NCBI RefSeq assembly: GCF_004010195.1
Contig: NC_057718.1
Location: 44,485,341-44,530,737, forward strand
Reading direction: 5' to 3'
From: Chiloscyllium plagiosum
Lineage: Eukaryota
DNA: 45,397 nucleotides
The first letter of the stretch is position 1. Every line of letters begins with the position of its first letter. Both the position numbers and the translations under genes were made by a program. A model generated the notes under the pieces. That model had not been told where the DNA came from. It saw nothing but the letters and a program-made list of their open reading frames with translations, and did no database searches. This document shows positions 23,387 through 33,880 of this stretch, piece by piece.

Positions 23387-24034
23387 AGGTCGAGAAGAGG
23401 CAGAGTGTTACCAATGGAGCCACAATCTCTTTCATCTTTGCAGTTTCACAAATTTCTGTCTAATCCTCAGCCTATTTGCTTCTGAAAGCCTGAACAGTGC
23501 CTCAGATTCAATTATTCCATGCCAATTTGACCAGCTTCCCAGCTCCCACAAACATAAGCTCATCCAAAACTCTATAATCAGTGTCTTAACTCACACGAAG
23601 TCCTATTTATTCAGCGCCACTCTGATTGCTACCTTAAAGGATTTGCAGGCTACCAATGTGTAAGTAATTGGGCTAATTGACAAACTGGTGTTTTCCTTAT
23701 GGTAAAGAAGTTATGAAATTAGCTGATACCGCATTCATTTTATCACTCTCCTTTCTACCATTGTACCACTACAATTATTTCTACTACTCTCTCTATTATT
23801 TTCTCTCATCTTATGCAGCTCCTTATCTTCTATGTGTTCAGAAACAGCTGGATGATGTTCCAAGCTTTGCATAATCTGACCCCAAGCTGCGGAGATGGGC
23901 TTAGAGTGAGATGACTATCTTGGCATTTGGCTACCTGACTTGTTTTCATTACATGGGTGATTGGTGTATTAACATGTACTTGTTAGGGAGGTCTCTCTTC
24001 AGGTAACAGTGCTCTTCAGAAAGGAATAGAGGAT

Positions 24035-24655
24035 TATAGGAACAGGAGTCGGCCATTCAGTCCCTCGAGCCTGCTTCACCATTCAGTGAAATCATGGTTG
24101 ATCTGTGGCCTAACTCCATATACCTCCCTTTGGCCTATATCCTTTAATACCTTTGCTTAACAAAAAAAATGTCTATCTATCTCAGATTTAAAATTAACAA
24201 CTAACCGAGTATCAGCTGCTGTTTGGAAAAGATTTCCCAACTTTATGTGTAGAAGTGCATTCTAACATCTCTTTTGAATGGTCTGGCTGTAATTTTTTTT
24301 CTATGCCTCCTAGCTCTAGAATCTCCAAACAATGGAAATATTTTATCTTTATCCACTTTATCTGTTAATATTTTGAGGGGTTTGATCAGATCATCCCTTA
24401 ATCTTTAAAATTCCAGAGCAAACAGGCCTAGTTTGAATTAACTCTCCGCATAACTTAACCCCTGAATTCCACATGTCATTCTTATGAATCAACATTTGCC
24501 AATATAGCCTTCCTAATGTGTGGTGCCCAGTACTGCTCACAGTATTCCAAGTGGGGTCGAACCAGGGTTTTGTATAACTGCAGCATAACTTCTGCATCCT
24601 TGTATTCTAGTCTTATGATATAAAGACCAGCATTCCGTTAGCCTTTTTGAAGTTT
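24035..24655 (-). mobile_element. CR1 LINE 3' part
   Basis: Tail ataggaacaggagtcggccattcag. Minus strand encodes LQLYKTLVRPHLEYC.Q.WAPH. Confidence 0.9.
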
Positions 24656-27535
24656 TTTCTTTGACTGGAAAATGGATTCAGAAAGAAGAAGAGTGGGAAT
24701 GTTCTCTAACAGTCCAGATACAGAGCAGGATGTTGCCTTCGTAACTTATTGAGATCAACACAACATCAACATCAAGAGATAATTTTTAAGGAGTGTCTTA
24801 AATGAGGATAGAGGGACAGAAAGGTGTATGGCATGAGTGATATGTGTGAATCACACTTAATGGTCACAGTTGTGGACTTTACGTGACTATTTAGATGTTC
24901 TATATCTAAATTGACATGTCTTAAGGGAATTAGTAAACTAACTTAAAATTATTTATGAATAGCTAACTGTCTATTTTTAGAAAACTGGGGCCTAAATCCC
25001 AAATCTTAGAAATGCATAGGTTTTTAAATTCTCATCATGTGTTCAACTTGGCCCTCCTTACCCCTTCCTTCTCACGTAACTTCTAGCCCTCCTCTACTGA
25101 AACCTCAGTACACCTCCAACTCTGGCTTTTTGTGCATTTATTATGTCCTTTGCCTCACTGTTAGCAGCTTTTCATTCAACCATCTCAGCTGTAAGTGCTG
25201 GGATTAGCTCCATACACTTCTCTGTCCCTTTATCCTCATATAAGACACTCCTTAGAACTTTATTCTTTTGATTATACTTTCAATCACCTTTCCTAGTGTT
25301 TCTTTCTTTGGCTTGCTGCTATTAAATTTTCCTTCTCTCCCTTCTGTGAAGTAGCCTATGCCAATTTACTATTGTCATGATGTAATACAAATGCAGGATG
25401 TTACTACTGAATCTTATAAAAGAATATTTGATTTCTCCATTGTACTCTAAATGCATCTCAAAACTCCAGGGGATGTAATAATCCGTGTGATGTTGGACCA
25501 CATATTTATGAAGTAAAAAGCTTTTATGTGAGAAAGACAACCAGTCTCACAGTAGCCCAAGGAGAAAAGAATGATTACTAACAGCCTGATTTATATACAT
25601 CTCATCCCTTTGATGCAGGTTGGACACATGGAGAAACATAACTCACGAATATATTAAAGCTGCAAATCAAAAATGAATTTCCAACAGTACCAGAGTGGAC
25701 TTCCAGTGAGTATTGAAGATATTTGGTAAGTATTCCAGGCACATTCAGGATATGGATAAAATCAAATTGATAGGATCTATGTTGATGCATTTGCAAAGAC
25801 CATTAAGTGAAGATATAAGCATTTGGCAACCCAGTAATCAATATTAGTTGTTTCTGTCATCTTCATTGTATCTGTCAAGTGAGTGGGAGCTGCTACAGGC
25901 AATCAACACAAAGGAGGATGAGTCATTTGCTTTTGGATTTTACAGATCCCTTTGTGCATTCCTGCCCCATACCAGGACACAACAGATACATCCAGCCTGA
26001 GAAATATAGTAGACCCTCATAGAAGTCAGAGATGGCAGAGAACCTTACTAAAAGAAAACTGACAAAGTTCAAAATTTAATCATACTATATATAATAAGTT
26101 CAAATATATAAAACATGCAAAGATTTTGTAGATGTGAAATAGGAAGAGTTTTTGGGTCGCTTAGAGGTTAGCGGCAAAAATGTTCAATAATATATCCTCT
26201 CGAAATACATTTTTTTTGTAATTGTTATTCCTCTTTTATCTCTTAAGTAAACTACTTATAACCAAATTATTCTCCATGGTCAGCAGGGCATGTCTATATA
26301 CGTCTTTCAAGTAGTTTCAATGAGGTAGATCAAAAGTCAGCATGAACAATACTGAAAAGGACCCATCCAAGTGTTTCCACTCGCAGTCCAGCATTCCTTC
26401 AGTTCATCACTGAAGCATCAGTCTTGAATTTTTTAGCTTTCATGTCGGACAAAATATAGAACAAAGCCAGTTATTACAAAGATCGCCTCATCAGTCCATT
26501 GTCAACCACCAACAAGGTGGTGGTAAGTATCATGAATAATCTGTTCACTGATGCTCATTTTGGGTTCTGCCAAGAGTAATTGACTCCAGATCTCATTACA
26601 ATCTTGGTACAAATATAGATAAAAGGACTAAATTCCAGAAATGAGTTGACAGTCATCTTTTATGTTGAATGTGTGCAGGAGAAGCCAGAGCAAAAATGAA
26701 GTGAATGGGAATAAGAGGAAAAAAAACCTCACCATGGTTGAAGTCAAAGGAAAATGTGTGAGCATGATGGTTCATTCATTTCAGCACCAGAGCATTGCTG
26801 CAGAAGTTCCTCAGGGTAGTGCCAAGGTCCAACCATTTTCAGCTGCTTCATTCATAACTTCAGAAGTGGGCATGTTTGTTAGTGTTTACACAGTATTCAG
26901 CAACATTCATGATTTCTCAGATATGTATGCAGACGTGGACTGCTTCAGTAAGATCTAAACAACATTCACATTTGAATGAATGCATGTCAAGTAACATTTG
27001 TGCCCACATATGCCAGGCAATAACTATCTCCAATAAGAGAGAATCTAACCTTTTGCCCTTGACATTCAATGATATTGCCATCACTGAATAACCCACCATC
27101 AACATCCTGGAAGTTACCATTGACCAGAAACTGAAGTGGACCATCCATATGAATACTAGGGCAACAAGAAGATCAGAGACGAGGAATTTTGTGATGAGTA
27201 ACTCACCTCCTGACTCCCCAAAGCATGTCTTCCATCTGAAAGACACAAAGCATGAGTATAATGGAATACTCTCCACTTGCCTGGATAACTGCAGCTCCAA
27301 CACCTCTCAAGAAGCTCAATAATATCCAAGGCAAATGTGTGTACTCATTTGGCACTCAATCCATTAATTTAAACTTTCACTCCCTTCATCACCAATGCAC
27401 AGTGACAGCAGTGCATACAATCAACAGGATGTACTGGAGCAATTCACCAGGACTCCTTCAATGTCACCCTCCAAGTCCATGACCCCTACCATCAAGAAGG
27501 GCAAGAGTTGGAGACACCTGGGTAACAAATTCCCC

Positions 27536-27629
27536 AGATTCCTGAAGAAGGGCTAATGCCCGAAACGTCGATTCTCCTGTTCCCTGGATGCTGCCTGACC
27601 TGCTGCGCTTCTCCAGCAACACATTTCCA
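27536..27629 (+). mobile_element. 94-bp hammerhead-only PLE-tail insertion
   Basis: Perfect 13-bp TSD taacaaattcccc at 27523-27535 / 27630-27642. Insert is agattc + hammerhead core + ~60-bp tail. Confidence 0.9.
27542..27569 (+). ncRNA. Minimal type I hammerhead ribozyme motif
   Basis: CTGAAGA-A-GGGC(TAAT)GCCC-GAAAC-GTC. Stem I AGATTC/GATTCT pairs at 5 of 6 positions. Confidence 0.8.
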
Positions 27630-29534
27630 TAACAAATTCCCCTCCAAGCTACATAACCATCCTGATTTGGAATGACACTCCATTCCTTCATTTTCGCTGG
27701 GTCAAAATCCTGGGCCTTCCTGACAGCACTGTGAACGTACCTGCCCTACATAGACAGCAGCAATTCTGGATGGTGACTCAAGGGCAAATAGAGATAGAGA
27801 GTAAATGTTGATTTAGCCAGTACCACTCACATCCCCTGAAAGAATAAACTTTAAGAAAATCATTTTAGAGCGAAGCAGCAACAAAATCACCTGAAGTAAT
27901 TTTGGGAGAAGAACATTTTAGAGTTGTTGAGTAAAAGCTGACAGGAAATTGACAGATGAATAGCAGGCTAGGAGATGGGAACAAAGGCTTTTAGAAAATA
28001 TCCTTATCATGGGCAGCAAGGGAAAGAGCAGTCTTACTTGGAGAAGAAAACATATGACCATCAATGGTTTGGCAGAGTCCTGTGTTTGGAACCATAAGAT
28101 CATGCCAAATTTTAAAACATCTGCTGCCCATCTGCTTCAGTTTTCAAGCTAAGGTGAAATGGAATCTGTGGGCAAGTGTTGGAGCAGTCATTTTCTAAAC
28201 CTTTCATTTGATTTGGAGGGGAGGATTTTGTTTTTGTAAGACTTCGATGTGAGAATTGTACTTGTTTTCACTTCCTGGAGGACAGAAGTACAGGTACTTG
28301 GCAGGAGGTAGCTGCAAAAGCATTGAGAAGGATGGTGGATCCATTGATTGCCACCATCTGTGACACTCCAATGCTGCAGTTGTGTGAATATCCTTGCAAG
28401 AGATGTCATAGATCAACAACTTATTCCATTCTAATTTAGATATTGTGAAGGAAGTCATTCTTGGCCTTTGCCAGAGAGTTATGTTAGAGCCATAGATATG
28501 TTCAGTTTAATGGATTTTCTGACTCTAAGATTTGAATGTTTATGGAAACACACAGACATCAGGACCAAATAGAGAGTCCCAAGCCTGCACTTGCTGACAG
28601 TAAGACTAGACAGAGACCCGACACAGAACATGCCCCCTAACTGGCCGGAAGTCAAGTTCATTAAAGGTGATGGTCAGGCAATTAATACTGCTGTCCCAAT
28701 CTCTGACATCTCTGAAGCTTCTTCAGCTTTACCAGGGGAGTGGGATACTGATGAAACAGGTCAAAGATCAAGACAGCTCCAAAAGAAAGATGGTCCCTCA
28801 GAGAGGTACGTTTAAAATTTTAAAATCAAATAGCCAAACAGGTATACCTCCTGGATTTGAGAGAAAACCTCTCATGATAGTTTTTCAAACTGTCTTTCCT
28901 GCTCTTGGTATCCTCTGTAGGGCATGGAACCTCTGGCTCAGATGACCAGCCTGACCTTTGAAGGGAGGCCATCACAACTGATCCAGGAGCTTCTAACACA
29001 GCAGCCCACTACCAGTAAAATGTTGGCGTCTAAATTGCCCTTAAGTTAAACATTAACTAGAGCAATTGGCTACTGAACATCCTTTAGCACACCTACAAGC
29101 TGGGCACCTGCCCATTCTAGTCAGAGGAAAAAAAGGCACATTACAGGTTTTCTGATAATTATAGGTAAGTACTACAGTTAAAAGATATACCTATAATTGA
29201 TGATGTGCTCATGTTATGATATAATTAGTAATATAATAGTGAATATGATTGGATAATATAGTCACCTATAGTAACCTGGAAATTTAGACTATGTTAATAC
29301 TGTTGGATAACGGTATAGGTGAGTAGGTACGTAACGTTTTGATTGGAAATTATTATTTGTAGGTGTAATTGATTGTAATCTTGAAATCGGTACAAAACTA
29401 CAAAACCATTCTTTTTGTGATAAAGTTTGAGTTGTACATAGTCATTGATGTGAATCAGACAGTAGCTGAACTGCCCCTATCTGAGTTCAAGTGAGCTCTT
29501 CACTGCTTGAGTTATGTTCCCATTCAATTTTTCT

Positions 29535-30780
29535 AGGAGAATGTGAGGATTGCAGATGCTGGAGATCAGATTCGAAAAGTGTGGGGGTGAAAATAGACAG
29601 CAGGTCAGGCAGCATCGAAGGAACAGGAGAATCGATGTTTCGGGCATAAGTCCTTCATCAGGAATGAGGCTTGTGGGCCCGCGGGCTGAGAGATAAATGG
29701 GAGGGCGATGGAGTTGGCGGGGATGGTGGCTGAGAATGCGATAGGTAGATGAAGATGGGGGAGAAGGTTATAGGTTGGAGAGGAGTGTGGAATGGATAGG
29801 TAGGAAAGAAGATGGACAGGTCGAGAGGATGGTGCTGAGTTGGACGCTTGGGTCTGGGATAAGGGGGGGGGGGGGAGGGGAAATGAGGAAACTGGTGAAA
29901 TTCACATTGATTCTGTGTGGTTGCAGGGTCCCAAGGCGGAAGAAGAGGCATTCTTCCTCCAGACATCGAGTGGTTAGGGTTTGGCGATGGAGGAGGGCCG
30001 GAACCTGCATGTCCTTGGTGGAGTGGGAGGGGAAGTTGAAGTATTCAGCCACGGAGCAGTGGGGTTGGTTGGTGCGAGTGTTCCAAAGATGTTCTCTGAA
30101 ATGATCCGCAGTTGGAGTGGAGGAGATGCACTGGAGAGCATGGTCAACCACATGGGAGGGGAAATTGCAGTCTTTGAAGAAGGAGACCACCTGGGATGTT
30201 TGTTTGTGGAATTGATCCTCCTGGAAGCAGATGTAGCAGAGGTGGAGGAACTGGGAATAAGAGATGGCATTTTTATAAGAGGCAGGGTAGGATGAGGTGT
30301 AGTCCAGGTAGCTGTGGGAGTCAGTGGGTTTGTACTAAATATTCACGTTTAGTCAGTCACCAGAGATGGAGATGAAGAGGTCCAGGAAGAGGAGGGATGT
30401 GCCCGAGATGGTCCAGGTGAATTTGAGGTCAGGGTGGAAGCTGATGAATTGTTCAACCCTCTTCATGGGAGCATGAGGTAGTACCATGTAGCGGAGGAAA
30501 AAGTAGGAAATGGTGCCATCGTAGCCGTGGAACATAGACTGTTCCACGTACATGATGAAGAAGCAAGCATAGCTGAGGGCCATTCGGCTGCCCATGGCTA
30601 CCCCTTTGGTTTGGAGGAAGTGGGAGTATAAGAAGGAGATGTTGTTGAGGGTGAGGACCAGTTCAGCCAGGCGAAAGACAGTGTCAGTGGAAAGGTACTG
30701 GATGGGTCGGCTTGAGAGGCAAAAAAAGAGGGCTTGGAGGCCTTCGTCATGGCGGATGGATGTGTACAGGGACTGGATGT
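29535..30780 (-). mobile_element. Neptune-type PLE, inverted arm with RT
   Basis: ORF 30353-30820(-): MDIQSLYTSI.HDEGLQAL...LAELVLTLNN...FLQTKGVAMGSRM..SYA (PLE RT). GIY-YIG tail in ORF 29768-30190(-). Hammerhead at 29634-29661(-). Confidence 0.9.
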
Positions 30781-31679
30781 CCATTTCCCACACCTCCACT
30801 CTTGAACCCCACCCCTCCAATCATAACATGGACAGAAACCCCTGGTCCTCACCTTCTGGCCCACCAACCTCTGGATACATCGCATCATCCTCAGCCACTT
30901 CTGTCACTTGCAAACAGACTCCACCACTAGGGATATATTTCCCTCCCCACCCCTATCTGCGTTTCAAAGAGACCATTCCCTCTATGACTCCCTGGTCAAA
31001 TTCACACCCCCCACCAGCCCACCCCCCATTCCCAGCCCCACTGCAAGAAGTACAAAACCTGCACCCACACCTTATTCCTCACCTCCATCCAAGGCCCCTT
31101 TCACATCCAACAGAAATTTACCAGTATTTCCAGACACGTCATCTACTGCAACTGTTGCACCCGATGTGGTCTCCTTGAGGAGACAGGACGCCAACATGCG
31201 AATTGTTTCAGAGAACATCTCTGGGACACCGGCACCAACCAACGCCACCGCCCTGTGGCTGAACACTTCAACTCCCCCTCCTATTCCACCAAGGACATGC
31301 AGGTCCTGGGCCTGGGTCTCCTCCATTGCCAAACCCTGATCACCCAACGCCTGGAGGAAGAATACCTCATCTTCCACCTTGGGACCTTGCAACCACACAG
31401 GATCAATGTAAATTTCACCAATTTTCTCATTTCCCCTCCCTCCACCTTACCCCAGTCCCAAGCCTCCAACTCAGCACTGTCCTCTTGACCTGCCCATCTT
31501 CCTTCCCAACTATCCGCTCCACCCTCCTCTCTGACCTATCACTTTCACCTCCACCTTTATCTATCTATCACGTTCTCAGCTACCTTCCCCACAACCCCAA
31601 CCCCTCCCATTTATCTCTCAGCCTCCCCTGGCCCACAAACCTCATTCCTGATGAAGGGCTAATGTCCAAAACGTTGATT
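30781..31679 (+). mobile_element. Neptune-type PLE, direct arm
   Basis: Homologous to 19290-20210. The whole two-arm unit is bounded by the 15-bp TSD ccattcaatttttct (29520-29534 / 31680-31694). Confidence 0.9.
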
Positions 31680-31859
31680 CCATTCAATTTTTCTCCTAAG
31701 TTCCAAAAAAAATTGGTTCTGATATCATTTCTCATGATTTATCATGTTATTCATTTAGAAACCCAATTTTCATTCTAGAATAAATGGATTCAAAATGATC
31801 ACAGTCGAGGAACAAAATAGTTTTAATCAAGTTGCAGTTACATTCTGAACACCAGTTCA

Positions 31860-33880
31860 AGACAAATATTGAATGTACGGATTAAGAGCAGATGCTCTGC
31901 CATTCAATAAGATTGTCACAGATCAGATTAAGGCCACACTTCACATTCCGACCGACCTCAAATATCTTTGGTTCCTTCATTATCAAGAATCTACTACTAT
32001 ATTAAAAATATTCAATGACAGTACCTCAGAGACTTTTGGAGAAGAGAATTCCACAAGCATATAGCCCTCTGAGGGAAAAAGAACTAATCTCCATCTAAAT
32101 GGAAGACTCTTTGCTTCCAAACATTGACCCCACTTTTAGTCTCTTCTACAAAGAGAAACATCCTTTCAGTATCTACCTTGTCAAATCCCCTCAAGATCTT
32201 AAATGTTTGAATAAGATTGCCTCTCATTTTTCTAATCTCCAATGGATTCTTACCCAATCTGTCCAAAATTTCCTTATAAATTAACTGTTTCAACTATATT
32301 TATATTGTTTCTTCAGTTAGGAGAGCCAAATTCTACACAATACCTCTGATGTAGTTTTACTGAGTAATTGTAGTGCAAATACCTCTCCTTACATATTATG
32401 TTTCCCTCGCAATAAATAACAAAATTCCATTTGCCTTCAAATAATTCTGGATGAAAGTTTACTTGTTGAGCTGGAAAGTTTGTTTTCAGACATTTCGTCA
32501 CCGTACTAGGTAATATCATCAATGAGCCTTCGGTGGTCTACTTTTTATTTATGTTTTTAGGTTTCCTTGGGTTGGTGATGTAATTTCCTGCAGTGATATC
32601 ATTTCTAGATATTTTTCTCAGGAGGTGGTAAATGGGATTCAAGTTGATGTGTTTGTTGATAGAGTTCTGGTTGAAGTGCCATGCTTCGAGGATTTTTGGC
32701 GTGTGTCTCTGTTTGGCTTGCCCTAGGATGGACGTGTTGTCCCAGTCGAAATGGTGTTCTTCCTCATCTGCATATAAAGGTAGTAGTGAGAGTGGGTCAT
32801 GCTTTTTTCTGACTAATTGATGTTCATGTATCCTGGTGGCTTGTTTTCTGTCTGTTTGTCTGTTTGTTACAGTTCTTGCAAGGTATTTTGTAAATGACAT
32901 TATTTTAGTTTGTTGCTGTATAAGGTCTTTCAAGTTCACTAGCTGCTATTTTAGTGTGTTGGTGTGTTTGTGGTCTACCATGATGCCAAGAGGTTTGAGT
33001 AGTCTAGCAGTCTTTGATGTAGGGGAGAGTGGCTAGGGTTTCTGGATGCATCATGTCTGCTTGTTTGGGTTTGTTGCTGAGAAAGCGACAGACTGTGTTC
33101 ATTGGGTTACCCGTTCTTTTTGAATACACTGTCTAGGTGATTTTCCTCTGCTCTTCATAGTTTCTCTGTGCTGCAGTGTATGGTGGCTCATTGAAATAAT
33201 GCTCTAATGCAGCTCTGTTTGTGGGTATTGGGATGATTGCTTCTGTAGTTCAGTATTTGGTCCCTATGTGATGTTTTCCTGTAGATGCTGGTTTGAAGTT
33301 CCCCATTGGCTGTTCACTCCTGTGACATCTAGGGATAGCAGTTTGTTGTTGTTTTCCTCCTCTTTAGTGAATTTTATGCCAGTAAGGGTACTATCGATGG
33401 TCTTGAAAGTTTCCTCTAATTTGTTTTGTTTAGTGATGACAAGTTCATATTTTCCCACATTACATTCTGTCTACCAAATTTGTGACCACTCACTTAATCT
33501 ATCTATTTACCTTTAAAGACTCATTATGCCTTCCTTACAACACTTTCCCTTCTATTTTTGTGACCTCAGCAAATTTATTTACAATACATTTGATTCCATC
33601 ATCCTAGCCATTGACATACATTGTAAGTAATTAAGACCCTTATCACTGACCCCTGTGTTACATCACATACCACCATCTTTCTAACCCTAAAATTTATATG
33701 TTTACTCTTTGTTTCCTGTTGTCTAGCTAGTCCTATTTTCCATATTAAAATGTTACTGCCTACAATCATGAACTCCTATGTGGTGAAATAACCTTTGACA
33801 TAGCACTTCATCAAATACTTCCTGGAAATCTCTGTACAGCACATCCACAGGTTACCCCTTTATCCACTTATTCCTAATAA
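31860..33880 (-). mobile_element. Old CR1 3' part, interrupted by a Poseidon-type PLE
   Basis: ORF 32084-32293(-): MRGNLIQTFKILRGFDKVD.ERMF. RT-like sequence resumes at ~33447. Confidence 0.7.
32449..33446 (-). mobile_element. Poseidon-type PLE fragment
   Basis: GIKFTKEEENNNKL..LDV and RIHEHQL...HHFDWDNTSILGQAKQRH..ILEAWH. Decayed hammerhead at ~32490-32523. Confidence 0.9.

Larger units (their letters stand above)
22895..23423 (-). mobile_element. Deu-domain SINE (SacSINE1/AmnSINE1-like), head interrupted by a tRNA-Asn dimer
   Basis: Minus strand: tRNA-like head gtggctccattggtaacactctg|cctctgaatgagaaggtagtgtgctcaagtc, then the Deu core gtgctgtctttcagatgagacgctaaactgaggtcc (23037-23073). 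Confidence 0.8.
26530..27850 (+). mobile_element. Decayed non-LTR LINE of the CR1/L2/Jockey group (RT to 3' UTR)
   Basis: LFTDAHFGF...PDLIT.LVQ, VPQGS, INILEVTIDQKL.W..H, MEYSPLAW..AAPT.LKKL..IQ. Related fragments at 36205-36352 and 41065-41370. Confidence 0.8.

Noticed and set aside
23173..23400. CRISPR-like repeat-spacer appearance
   Set aside because: Only two 74-nt repeats, which are tRNA genes; eukaryotic context and no cas genes.
23150..23485. 111-aa ORF with an internal repeat (SPSLGGLEPPTFQLT...)
   Set aside because: It is the antisense translation of the two tRNA-Asn genes, not a protein.
29150..29460. AT-rich stretch resembling a mitochondrial control-region insertion
   Set aside because: No recognisable TAS/CSB motif or adjacent mt-tRNA; composition alone is insufficient.
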